From Salisapilia sapeloensis CBS 127946 (lineage: Eukaryota; Protista; Oomycota): a stretch of 64,000 nt of DNA. The number at the start of each line of letters is the position of its first letter. Positions within the stretch are counted from its first letter, which is position 1. Under the pieces are notes generated by a model. That model was not told the origin of the DNA and did not search any database. It saw only the letters and a program-made list of their open reading frames with translations. This document shows positions 9,939 through 21,258 of this stretch, in pieces. Position numbers and translations under genes: made by a program. Where the stretch lies: assembly GCA_023334545.1 (NCBI GenBank), contig JAADVB010000003.1:114317-178316 (forward strand), read 5' to 3'.

Positions 9939-11539
9939 TCATTGGTATTTGATGGTGGTAGTTGGATGGATGGTTGGTACGAGTTGCTGGGAATGGAGAG
10001 GCATGGTCATTTCTTTCGTTGTCAGACGTTGCTGCGTTTGCTTGGATGTAGTCTCATCAGACGAAACTATCGACTCGTTGATACCTAGAGACGCATCGTT
10101 GGGTTGCCGAATTTCTTCCACGAGCTCATCATCTACCTTTCTTGATGCATCGTCTTCCAGCCATTGTTTCATACTACCAACTTGCACTTCTTCTTTGGGA
10201 TGTAAGAGCGCGAACTTGCCGACGACACCGATACCCAAGACCTTTTCAGGAATGAAATCTCCGCAAGACTAGTAAAACATACATTAGACGTTGTGGCAAA
10301 CAGAAATCGAGTAGGTTACCACATAGTTCTGTACCAGTAACTTGGTACAGGGATTTCCATTATGCTCTTGCAGGATCTTGATCGCTTCTGTGAACGGACG
10401 ATTATCGATGCGTCCGTCATTCACGGCGACAATGCAGTTATTAGACTGCACCTGAACCCAATCAATGTCTCCAGTCGCGTCATCGACCTTACCAATTCGT
10501 TTAAGCATGATACTTGGCTGGTCTATAAAGTCACATTCCGCTGTGCTCTCTACTTCCACTAGTCGCTCATACAGGTATAGTTCGAACTGGAAGATCTCTC
10601 CGACAGAGTCCTGGATCATAGCATTACACCCACTCGCGACCACTTGTCGACGCATAGCATTTATATCTAAGTTTTATAAGATAAAAGTATCGTCTATCAA
10701 GATATAGCGCTGGACGTACCGCTTTGGACGTAGACAAAGTGGATAAACGTATCACTCGGAATGTCATGAGAGTCGATCGTAATCTGGCTGTGACTACCTT
10801 TAGGTACGGCGTAGTAAGAAGTGGTTTGGAGCTCAGTCGAATCGTCTTCTGAAAAAATGAGTTGGATATAATCTCGATTTGAATGGTTTTCTGGCGCTGT
10901 TACGTCAATTGTAAGCTTCGCTCCGCGTTGCACTTGTGCTCCAAGGTCCAGTTGGATGATACCACTCGGTCGGAAGGCTAGTAGTTGAATGGAATAATCT
11001 GAGGAAGGCGTTCGACGTTGGAGACTGTATCGTATTCCTTCTACTAGATCGACGTGTTCCAAGAGATGACCTCTATTGAGCAGGTCTTGTGGCAACAGTC
11101 CGACATGATTCCGCACTGGTTCCGCGTTATATTCCAACAAAAGGTTTACGAGAGGGAAGCATGACGCATGACATGCATAATGAAGAGCTGTCCATCCTTT
11201 ATCATCTTGATGGTGGACATTCGCATTATACGACAAAAGTAGTGATAGGATTTCCATGCGTCGAGATACAGACGCATCGATCCGGCTTGAATCACCTTCA
11301 TCACTATCATCGTCACTACCACCCTCCTTCATCGTACTAGCCTTTTCCAATTCAGCATACCATTCATCATCTATTTCTTCTACTGGCGACATGCAATGAG
11401 CAATCGTCATGACCAGCGGCGTCCGTCCATTCTCATCCTCTTCTTCTACCTGTGCAGCCGTGCTGGACTTGAGCAGCAGTCGAATGACATCAATGTCACC
11501 TCGTGCACAAGCACTGTGCAGCGTCATGCTGTTCCCCAT
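9939..11539 (-). CDS. Ankyrin-repeat protein with SKICH-like and PDZ-like regions, at least 3 exons
   Basis: Ankyrin motifs (LHSACARGDIDVIRLLL, GRTPL, GWTALHYAC); introns near 10667-10719 and 10270-10322 join the ORFs 10697-11539, 10284-10655 and 9939-10238 in frame. The 3' end is uncertain. Confidence 0.7.
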
Positions 11540-11767
11540 CGTCGTCAGGATATTGAGGGGAACGTCACTTGAGCGACTATTACGGATGGACGGTTTCGAA
11601 ATGGCTACACGATGCTCTAATTTTATTGAATAATATATTTATCTATTCGATGTGATTGGGTGAAAAGAGCTTCAAGTACTATCCGAACGCTGCTTTGTAA
11701 GTCGACATGTTATTTCGGTTTTATTTTTCATCCTCCGTTCGAATGTACTTGCCATACGCATCCAACG

Positions 11768-13789
11768 CTATGCCTGTCGTTGTTTCTTCCGCTCATGCGT
11801 CGAGTCACTTCCAGCAGACGGATGATAGAATCGAATTTCGTCAATCATCCGCTTGCGAATTTCATTCACATTTAACTTCTTCTCGTCAAAGTCCAATTGA
11901 ATCGTCTTCGGAGCAACAATTTCTTCTTCCAAAGATCGGATGCTACCGAGGTACGCATGGTTCAATGCCTCATCCAGCGTAATACGCTTTCGAGGGTTCA
12001 TCTGGAGCATGCGTGTCAACAGATCGATCGCAGAAGGCTCTGCGCCAGGATACATCTCCTGTAGATTCCTCTTCGGACGCTTCGGGAGACTACGCAAGTA
12101 CGTCTGGACATCCGGATCCGCAATTTCAGCAATATCCTCGTCATCCATAGTCCCTAGAACGTCCAAGATCGTATTCAATTGGTCGCGGCTATCTTGAGGG
12201 AGCATCTGACCTCCACCTGGACTCAGTGGGAAGCACGAGACGCCAGGGAAAAGAGGTTCTCGTTGCTGATGCGACGGTACACTGCTCTTTTGCATACTCA
12301 GTAGCTCAGCAAAGATACATCCGACGCTCCAGACGTCAATAGCAGCCGAGTAGTCATGATCTCGGAAGATAATCTCGGGCGCTCGATACCACCTCGTGAC
12401 AACATGCTCGGTGAGCTGTCGTTCAATACGATTCGATGGCGTTCGAGGGTGGATGCCAGCACAGCTAAGAGACTTGTCATTCGGCGTACTCCCGTCACTC
12501 TCTCGCTTTCGCTTTCTCCCAGACGTCGATGTCGATAGACTTCGAGCAAGTCCAAAATCACAGATCTTGGCAGCAACAGGAGACAAGTTCAAAAGCACAT
12601 TGGCTGGTTTTAAATCCCGATGGACAATCTCTGCAGAGTGCATGTACTTGAGCGCTTTCAGCAAGTCCAAGAGAAGCCAACGCAAGTGTTCAGCCGTGAG
12701 GAATTGAGGACTATGTAAGAGTTTCTCGAGATCAGAAGGAGAGTACTCGAGAACAACAAAGAGATCTTGGAAATTATCCAAGTCACGAGGTGCAATGATC
12801 TCGCGCATTTGCACAATGTTCGGATGACGCAATTGACGTACGATGCAGAGCTCTCGTAAGATACGTTTTGCGTCGACCGGGTCGGAGAAGACGTTCTGGA
12901 TGCGTTTGATCGCGACGAGCTCACCCGTTGCGACGTGCTTGCAGCGAATGACTTGGCCATAGCTGCCTTGGCCAAGCATACATTCGATGGCATAGGTCGG
13001 GGCGATTTCTCCCCAACCAGGAACCTTGGCTTCGTTATCCGACTGGACGCTTGGCGGTGCTGGCTCTGGCGTCGGATGGTTGTTGCTGCTAGATGCCATC
13101 GTCGTCTTAGCTCCGTCGAGAAGAGGATTGCTTCGATCCGTGATGGACGGCGTCGATGCACGTGACTTAGGCATGTGAGAGATGTCATGCGCGACCACGA
13201 GCATGCCTGGACCAGCCGCATTGGCCAGAAGAGGTGTGCAAGTGCACATAAGCGTGACTTTCCCGCCGCTCCGGTTCTTAAAATCCAGCACAGAGGCTGG
13301 GAGGGAGGATCCTTGTATGCATCGAGCGTGTGCGACGGATAGGAATGTGGCTGTCGCTGGAGGTACCATGAATTGTGCGTCCTGTAACAAGTTTCTCCCG
13401 GCCATTTCGTCTCGCGTACACCCTGTGAGCTCTGCAGCTGCGTCATTCCATAGGATAATACGCATATGCTCATCCATAACGAAGGAGACTGTCTTGGACG
13501 TGTAGAGCGACTTGCCGAGACTGGCTAGACTCTCTGAAGTCGATAGGTAGGACTCGACGGACGTAACAAAGTTGTGGACTTGGTGGGCATTGGACGCGAA
13601 TTCGAGGTTCTCGCCAATCGTTTGCTGTAGAAGAGACCTAATGACATTATGTCGAGGTTTACTCGACTCGTTTCGCGTTGAGTCCTTCGGTACCGGTCCT
13701 GAAAACGAATCTCTTTGAGATCCGTCCGAGCCAGTGTCGACGGACGGGTCAAACGTCACCGAGTACTGTGCTTTGCTCGTGCCGTTCAT
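11768..13789 (-). CDS. PAS-domain MAP kinase with atypical TEH activation loop
   Basis: N-terminal PAS (DEHMRIILWNDAAAELTGCTRDEMAGRNL); kinase GQGSYGQV, VAIKRI, HRDLKPANVLL, DFGLAR, LTEHVVTRWYRAPE; MAPK-type C-lobe (KRITLDEALNHAYL). Confidence 0.92.
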   Translation of the reverse strand: MNGTSKAQYSVTFDPSVDTGSDGSQRDSFSGPVPKDSTRNESSKPRHNVIRSLLQQTIGENLEFASNAHQVHNFVTSVESYLSTSESLASLGKSLYTSKTVSFVMDEHMRIILWNDAAAELTGCTRDEMAGRNLLQDAQFMVPPATATFLSVAHARCIQGSSLPASVLDFKNRSGGKVTLMCTCTPLLANAAGPGMLVVAHDISHMPKSRASTPSITDRSNPLLDGAKTTMASSSNNHPTPEPAPPSVQSDNEAKVPGWGEIAPTYAIECMLGQGSYGQVIRCKHVATGELVAIKRIQNVFSDPVDAKRILRELCIVRQLRHPNIVQMREIIAPRDLDNFQDLFVVLEYSPSDLEKLLHSPQFLTAEHLRWLLLDLLKALKYMHSAEIVHRDLKPANVLLNLSPVAAKICDFGLARSLSTSTSGRKRKRESDGSTPNDKSLSCAGIHPRTPSNRIERQLTEHVVTRWYRAPEIIFRDHDYSAAIDVWSVGCIFAELLSMQKSSVPSHQQREPLFPGVSCFPLSPGGGQMLPQDSRDQLNTILDVLGTMDDEDIAEIADPDVQTYLRSLPKRPKRNLQEMYPGAEPSAIDLLTRMLQMNPRKRITLDEALNHAYLGSIRSLEEEIVAPKTIQLDFDEKKLNVNEIRKRMIDEIRFYHPSAGSDSTHERKKQRQA

Positions 13790-14306
13790 AGCCTAGAGAT
13801 CAACACTTGATCGTTGCGTCTACTTATGGTTCGTTAGCAAGTGTTAAAGTGCGTTCGTGGCGGATGCATCTGCTTACAAAGAGCGAGGGCGTGATCACCT
13901 GGATTATCAGACTTTGTCCAGCAAACAAATCGTTCGCAAATGATAGGACAAGAGCGAGGGGTTTCCTTCAAGCAAGCAACTCGACAATGAACCTTGGACC
14001 TAAGTGGAGTTCCGAGGGAAGAAGGAGGGCGTCTGCTTTGACTTGAAAGCTCGCTTGACGTCCTTTTGGTGTTGTGCAGCGGTAATTTACGCTCCTGTCT
14101 CTCTCTAATTGTACACTCACAAGCCAATGAAAACGAAAAAAGGAAAACGGTTTCATAATCAACGAATCAAAATGCTACGCTCCTTGTAAATTATGATCGC
14201 CAGACTGCAAACAATTCCGATATAACATATCCGCCACGCGTTCTCGATCCTCAAGCGTTGCAGCATGCCTCTTGGAGGATAGGATGTGGTACTCGTCTTC
14301 TTGTGT

Positions 14307-16631
14307 CTAGCATCGTTCGAATATCTTGTAGAGGTTCGTGAGACTCGACACTGGTGTGATCATCTTCGTCTCGTTCAGTTCTCTCGGCGGCGTGAACGAC
14401 GGCTTCTTATAGGCTGGAAACAAGACGTGCTCCAGCACACTCGTCATGTGCTCCATGTCGTTTGGAAACCTCGTGTCTCCATACCAGTACGCTAGTACAG
14501 AAGCCACATCCCGGAAGCAGTCTTCCTCCTCTTCCCAGTTCACATCCGTCGCTAGTTGGAAGACAAACTCGGGTAGAGCATGGATCGACGGTTCGTACGT
14601 TTCCAAGAGCAGTGGAATTCCATGTAGCATGCCCTATCCAAGTCATTAGCTACCCTCTACATTAGATTAGAAAGCTACAGACTTGATCGTTAATGTCCAG
14701 TCCAAAGTATTCCTTCAGCATCGATCCTTTGGAAGCAAGTAACGTCTGAATCTCATCTGCCAATTGCTCTCGAGGTCCATCTTCCTCGTCATATCCGTTA
14801 TCTGGGTTCTTAAGCGCTTCCAGCACCAAGTCACGGATACTAAAAGCAGACGGGAGATCGAGTGACTGGGTCTCACCGAAGTATTCGATCACTCGTTCAT
14901 AAAAGTAGTGGAAAGCAATCTCTCGATGGCGAACGGCATACAGTTCTGTCTGGTGTTGAATCAAAGCAAAGTCACAGTTGATGACACCAACAAAAGTATG
15001 TGCTCGCAGCAACTGAGATACACGTTCACTCCGTTGTTGTCGGATCTGTTCCTTTAGATGCTGAACACTCGACAACTTTGGTTCACGAAGCGTTCGTGTG
15101 TTTCCTACCTCCTCATTCTCCATCTCCACATCTTCATCCGGCACCTCATCTGCCTTTCGCTTTCGAGCGCTACGCCTAGGTTCTGTGTCGTCTGTTGTTT
15201 GTAAGAAAGTCAATTTAGACTGCTGAGAGTCGAGGAAGTAGTACTTGTCCATCGTATTCACACGATGATCTGTTCGAACGAGTTTATTTGGAGCTTTCGC
15301 AGGTGCTCGCTTCTTGGACGTTTGACTCAAGTCAATTGATTGTGTTGGTGTCGATAGTTCGGTGCTAGATGTACTCGATACACTGTCCTGTTCGTCTGGT
15401 TGCGGTTCACTGCGTTCCACTGGCAGTTGTGTCTGGAGCATAGTAGTGATGGATTGAACGGGAAAGCTTCTACTTTCATTACATCCTTTCAAACGTGTCT
15501 CCATGGCTTGTGTAATAGACTCTATGATGTCGTCTTCGTATAGAAAGTGGACTTCTCGCTTTGTCGGATGGACATTCACGTCGACATTGGATGGAGGTAG
15601 GTCGATACTCAAGTAGATGAATGGATGTGTGTGCTTTGGAAGATAGAGCGAGTAGATGTAATCACAAGCTCTCTTCAGCGCTGGACAATCGACCAGTCGA
15701 TTGTTGATAAAGAGGATAAAGTGGCTCTTTTTCATACTATTAATATGTTAATTGGGTGCATACAAAGAGTTGAAAGAGGTATTTACTTGTAATTGGCGTT
15801 GCTGATAAGTCCTTTGACGTGATGTTCATGGTGATTCGCATTATCAGCTTCGTCTTGCTCGAATGCAAGTAACTCATCCGCTAGCTTTCGGCCATAAATG
15901 ACTCGAATCGCATCCAACTGACTAGATGCCTGTGTCGTACTCACGTCACACGAGCTCTCACGATACTATCGACTATGGCATAAGTCCATTTTCTAGTTAG
16001 AAGGTAGAGATAGACGTACCTTTTTGCAGACAAAGCCGATGTTAGACGCAGCATAATGGACAGCATACTTTTGGACGACGTCGATAATACGTTGGTACTG
16101 CTCTGACGTGTTCTTAAGCGCCTGTTTTCTCGTATGCAAGTTATAGAATAGATCCTCCACGACAATCTGTGTCCCGTCATTACCTGCACAAGGCACAGGG
16201 TCTTTCGAACCTCCAGGTCGTTTCGCTGTTAGCTTACCATCTCTATAGGAAGCCTTATAGGCACACTGTTCGTCCTTTGTTTTCGACGTTATCGTGACGT
16301 GGGCGACGTGGGAGATACTCGCAAGAGCTTCACCACGGAATCCGAATGACGCGATTTCACGCAAGTCTTCAAACGTTCGCAATTTACTCGTAGTAAACCT
16401 CTCACAGACAAGTTCCAAGTCTGCTTTTCGAATACCATGTCCATTATCCTGTATCTGTAGTAACTTCAGTCCTCCTTGACTAGCTGTGATGGAGATATGA
16501 GTAGCTCCGGCATCGAGACTATTTTCCAATAGCTCCTTTAAAGCATTTGCTGGTCGATGGATCACTTCACCTGCTGCAATTCGGTTGATAACTTCCGGAC
16601 GAAGGCGTTCGATAGGAGTAGAAGTAGACAT
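14307..16631 (-). CDS. MLH1: DNA mismatch repair protein MLH1, 4 exons
   Basis: [57 protein letters not shown]; C-terminal YKIFERC; three canonical introns restore frame. Confidence 0.96.
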
Positions 16632-16717
16632 CCTCTTTCGCTTCTTCTCGAGAGCTTTGATCGTTGTGATCGTGGACTGTCCGAGGCATAAATGGCGGGA
16701 AATGCACATTTGCAAAT

Positions 16718-16733
16718 TCAGTTGTACATTTGC
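16718..16733 (+). promoter_or_regulatory. Inr+FPR core promoter of the hidden SPOC-like gene (within the MLH1 bidirectional promoter)
   Basis: TCAGTTGTACATTTGC = Inr-like TCAGTT plus FPR CATTTGC, immediately before ATG 16735. Confidence 0.55.
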
Positions 16734-16734
16734 A

Positions 16735-17782
16735 ATGCACGTACTCAAGGTGGCGAAAGGGTCCAAGGCTCTCTTTGACTGTGTGCTCGTGGAAGAAGTA
16801 CTGGAGGAAGATTTGGCTCGATATCAGCACGGACATGACGTTTTAAAGAGGCTGGAGTAAATTGCATGTACAGCGAGGATGATGGAGATAACTGCTAATG
16901 AGACCGTAGTGTAAACGAGGTTTGTATCAGTAAGCGATTGAGCATGGACATTTTGGAAGGCATGGTTGCTCAGTCATCCGTAAAGGTACTTGCTTTAAAC
17001 TACTAGTGAGTTGAGATCTATTAAGGATGTGAACTTGGCAGCCGGTCGAATGCTTGGTCGAACCAGTCGCAGCTCATGAGACTGCGTTTCGTAATCTAGG
17101 CCACGATCTACTCCAACGCAAGCGAGTACTACTCTGTTGATTTAAGAGGTATAGAGCAACTGATGACATCTATTAGGCTGGTGTCGCTCTAGTGAGCAAT
17201 GGGAGGATGCTACTCTTCATTCCTCTTCGCGATTACAAGGACCGATACATGCGGTGCATGCTTCTGCAGGAAGGACAGAAGGACTATGCTACCGCTAATA
17301 GCTCAACACATATGAGCGATGTATGTGTTCATAACTTATGCCTAGTTGATGCTAGTAGATGATGATATAATGTCTATAGGCGACCGACAGGGTGAATGTT
17401 ATTGAAAGTATTTCTTCAAGCACACCAGTAGCGTATGATGAGGGATCATCCAACGATCCTTATGCGGAACTGAGGTCATTATCATCGTACAACGTATATT
17501 TCAAAGCGCAAAGCTGATTGTTCTGTGTAGAAACCAAGTAGAAGATATGCATGTGTACCAGTACAACATGCTATGGCAGTGGATGTCGCCCAACAAATTC
17601 GACGACAATCATTAAGACAATACAAGTTCACCAGATATAAGATCCATTTCAGTCACAAAAGCACCGAGCACAATGAATATCAATGCCTTGATGTTCTGCT
17701 ACGATTACCACGCCATATCAAGAGGATAAACATATCCAGATTGATGAGAAAGCTCCTGCTTCTATTCTTTTACGACAGATAA
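16735..17782 (+). CDS. Multi-exon SPOC-like domain protein, absent from the ORF track
   Basis: Exons 16735-16856, 16910-16985, 17042-17125, 17177-17320, 17380-ca.17490, joined by four GT-AG introns of 51-59 nt that all keep frame; gives [14 protein letters not shown] and [30 protein letters not shown] (SPOC-like). Stop at 17615 or 17782 depending on the last donor. Confidence 0.72.
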
Positions 17783-17882
17783 AGTCAAGTAGAGACCAAG
17801 ACAGAACTTCAATGTCAGTGTGGGAGATCTTTTATTTACACCAGTCCACAATCTTTGTATTGTGAGAACAGAAGTGCTATAT

Positions 17883-19573
17883 CTATTCCTGACGCAGTTT
17901 CTCCATGTCCTTGACTTCCTTCGGCACCTGGTGCGTCAAGATTTCAAGTCCATTCTTACCGATCTATCCATATACACCATTTATTAGTCTACTAAAGATT
18001 AAAGACTCGAGGGATATGATACATACCGCTACATCATCCTCAATACGGATGCCAATGCCACGTAATTCCGCTGGAATAGATTCGTCATCCTTGGGAAGGT
18101 AGATGCCGGGCTCTACCGTGATGACCATGCCAGGTTGCAACGCCACGCCACGAGACATGTTGGACGTATCATGGACATCCATACCGAGGTAGTGTCCAAT
18201 GTGCGTCGGATTGTACTTTCGGAACGCTTGTGTCTCCGAGTGAGAGGTGCCGGTCGATTTGAGGATACCAAACTCACGCATGCGTTCTGCCATGAGCTTG
18301 ACAGAGTACTGGTGGAGCATGTCTAGACTTAGTTGTTCACCAGTTTCAATACAAGAGCGTAGATGATCTAAACTCTGCTTCTGAACGTCTAGTACGAACT
18401 CATACAACTGCGTCTGTGCGTCCGTCCAGTCGCCATTGGACGACCATGTGCGCGTGATGTCGCTCAAGTATCCTCCAGACACTTCACATCCGGCATCCAC
18501 GAGCACGAGTTCAGACGGATTGATCATCTGACGTTTTGAGAGGTAGTGGATGACAGCAGCATTGGAGCCAGCGCCTACGACGCACGGGAAAGAATTCCAG
18601 AGCGCACCATTGCGTTTGCATGTGCCTTCAAACTCCCCAGCCAGTGCCATCTCAGGAATTCCTGGCTTAGTTGCTTTCATCATTTCGATAAAACCTTTGC
18701 TACCAACGTCAGCAGCGAAACGCATGCGTTCTAGCTCTGCCTCAGACTTGATGATACGTAATTGTTCAGGGAAGACGTCGCCATTGTACAGCTTGCCACG
18801 GATGTCTTTCGTGGCGTTGATAAAGGAGGAAGGGAAGGCACCATTGGCATCCGCTCCGACGACAAAAACCTGTTTCATGTTGTTGACTAACTTGCCGAGC
18901 TGCGTGCCGAGAGACGATAGCTGGTACGCGTCATCGGCACCAAAGTGCTCTTTGGCAGCATCGAGGCCAGTCCTGGCGCCGTCCCATTGCTCACTGCAGA
19001 TATGTGTGTTAGATGGACGATAAGAGAGGAGGGAGAGATAGCGGCAACCTGTGAGCATCACGAGGTCGGACGAAGAGGACGAAGCTCGTCTTGCCTTGGG
19101 ATTTCAGGAACACGGCGTGAGCATCCGGTTCTTCTAGACCCGTGAGGTAGAGGAAGTTGGAGCTTTGACGGAATTCGTACGGAATGTCATTCGTCATGTA
19201 CTTGACGGAAGCTCCGTTCACCTGATTGATAGGCATAAGCTAACAAATTCTACTTCGTATTGATCTAGCGACAGTACAATAAGTGCCGAGTCATCCGGTA
19301 AAACTTGAAAAAGGTTCTCTCGACGTTGCTGAAACTCTTCCTTTGGCAAATCTACCAATACACAAGCATCATGAGCTTTAATGCCTACTCCTTCTGATGA
19401 TAATCTTTTATATCGACTCTACCAGGGAAGAGATGACCGTTTGGTGCAGCAAATGGATTGCTAGCTGACGAGAATGCTCTCAATTTGCTTTGAGGAAAGC
19501 CTTTAGTATTACCAATCGACCGTGCGGCCGACGATACCCGTCCTACCTGTCGGATCCACTTCCCAATACGCAT
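17883..19573 (-). CDS. XPNPEP3: Xaa-Pro aminopeptidase, mitochondrial intermediate cleaving peptidase (Icp55/XPNPEP3-like), multi-exon
   Basis: Presequence-like N-terminus; FRQSSNFLYLTGLEEPD, IKSEAELERM, HYLSK, DAGCE..GYLSDITRTW, HIGHYLGMDVHD, TVEPGIY, GIRIEDDV (M24 family). Confidence 0.92.
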
Positions 19574-19610
19574 GATTCTTTAGCTGTCCGTCAGAACCGA
19601 GCGTTTATTA

Positions 19611-19655
19611 TTCACCAATCATATGTCTCTTCTATATAATAACATCCAATCAGAA
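19611..19655 (+). promoter_or_regulatory. Paired CCAAT boxes in the XPNPEP3/NSA2 bidirectional promoter
   Basis: CCAAT at 19615 and 19646 (31-bp spacing), contexts TTCACCAATCA and CATCCAATCAGAA. Confidence 0.5.
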
Positions 19656-19741
19656 CTTTCAAAGTGCGGCATCCAGTTATCTGCACAACGCTAATTGCCA
19701 GCAAGTCGAGGCAGAAGGCATCGTTGTAGAGGAGAGGAAAG

Positions 19742-20524
19742 ATGCCGCAGCATGAGCACATGGAGATGCATCGCAAGCGCTACGGCGTTCGGCTCGACAG
19801 AGCTGAAAAGCAGCGTAAGAAGGAAGCTCGACAAGTCCACAAACGCTCGCAATTCGCTCAGAAGGTCCATGGACTGCGAGCCAAGTTGTACAACCAGAAG
19901 CGTTTCAAGGAGAAGGCTGCAATGAAGAAGACGTTGGCGATGCACCAGGAGCGTACGAATAAGCATGGTAATGATGATGCAGTGCCGGATGGTGCTGTAC
20001 CGTCCTACCTGCTTGATCGTGAAGGCGTGTCGAGAGCCAAAGTCTTGTCGAACACAGTCAAGCAGAAGCGAAAGGAGAAAGCCGGCAAGTGGGAGGTGCC
20101 TGTGCCCAAGGTGAAGCCGATCGCTGATGACGAGATGTTTAAGGTGCTTCGATCAGGAAAGCGACGGAACAAGAGCTGGAAGCGTATGATTACGAAGGCA
20201 ACGTTTGTCGGTGAAAACTTCACGCGTAAGCCGCCAAAATACGAGCGCTTCATCCGTCCCGCAGCCATGCGCTTTAAGAAGGCGCACGTGACACATCCAG
20301 AGTTGAAGACGACGTTCCAACTCGACATTTTGGGTGTAAAGAAGAATCCACAGAGCCCGTTGTACTCGCAATTGGGCGTCATGACGAAGGGAACGGTGAT
20401 CGAGGTCAACGTGAGTGAGCTAGGACTCGTGACAACGTCAGGAAAAGTCGTGTGGGGAAAGTATGCTCAAGTAACCAACGTCCCGGAGAATGACGGATGC
20501 GTCAATGCCGTGCTTTTGGTCTAG
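19742..20524 (+). CDS. NSA2: Ribosome biogenesis protein NSA2
   Basis: 260-aa [18 protein letters not shown]...[14 protein letters not shown]...[22 protein letters not shown]. Confidence 0.97.
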   Translation: MPQHEHMEMHRKRYGVRLDRAEKQRKKEARQVHKRSQFAQKVHGLRAKLYNQKRFKEKAAMKKTLAMHQERTNKHGNDDAVPDGAVPSYLLDREGVSRAKVLSNTVKQKRKEKAGKWEVPVPKVKPIADDEMFKVLRSGKRRNKSWKRMITKATFVGENFTRKPPKYERFIRPAAMRFKKAHVTHPELKTTFQLDILGVKKNPQSPLYSQLGVMTKGTVIEVNVSELGLVTTSGKVVWGKYAQVTNVPENDGCVNAVLLV

Positions 20525-20945
20525 ATACTCTTACCTATACATATCCAACCTGATTTGTTTCACATTGAAAACCTGTCTTTTGTCTATTTTGTTTCTTTCT
20601 CCTTTGCATGCACTCAATGTCAATGCACGACTAGTAACTAGATGTCGAGAACTCTGGAAGGGGATAGCAAAGAATATAGTTGTATTAGAGGACATTATGG
20701 GCATGAAGAGGAACATGGTACAAAGCTGTTGAGTCAATGGAAACTTGGATCTCATTCTTTTGCTTTTGCTTTATTGTCTGATGTGGTATCGGTATGCTCA
20801 AACTTCACGATGGAACAAAGGATATATATACGGAAACGTGTGCATTGAAGTGGTAGGATCATCATCTTTAAAGTTGATCACTCGACACTTTTTGAAGTTC
20901 TACGACCAGGCTTTCTGGTCGACTGTATCTAAACGTGATCGATAT

Positions 20946-21190
20946 AAGGAGCGGGTGCGAATGTATCTACTAGTAACGAGAAAGTAGCCAGACAAGAATA
21001 GATGTGAACAATTACACTTTAAGGATCCGTCAATGCGCTACAAAGGAGCGGGTGCGATTGTATCTACTAGTAACGAGAAGGTAGCCAGGTAAACGAGTCG
21101 TAAATTCTTGTAATGTAAGGATCCTCCAGGGCTGCTGCAAAGGAGCGGGTGCAAGCTCAGCTACTCGACCTGAGAAGGGAACCTAGCAAA
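20946..21190. repeat. Degenerate tandem repeat, 3 copies, 97-bp period
   Basis: AAGGAGCGGGTGC core at 20946, 21043 and 21140; copies 1 and 2 share about 45 nt nearly identically (..GTATCTACTAGTAACGAGAA..GTAGCCAG); AAGGATCC precedes copies 2 and 3. Confidence 0.85.
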
Positions 21191-21258
21191 TGGACTTGCG
21201 GAGCATTAAGCTTCGAATCGGTTCGTTCCGAATACATTCCCTGCTTTTCTTCTTCCTC

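Noticed and set aside
13790-14300. Upstream ORF 13834-14127 and a possible 5' UTR intron of the PAS-MAPK
   Set aside because: A GTAAGC donor and AG acceptor exist, but no in-frame upstream ATG and no motif in the ORF; unsupported without cDNA.
16632-16766. 45-aa N-terminal extension of MLH1 in the ORF track
   Set aside because: Homology starts at [10 protein letters not shown] (16631); the extension overlaps the promoter and first exon of the opposite-strand SPOC-like gene.
20946-21190. Repeat-spacer pattern as a CRISPR array
   Set aside because: Eukaryotic intron-containing context, only three degenerate copies, spacers partly similar to each other, no cas genes.
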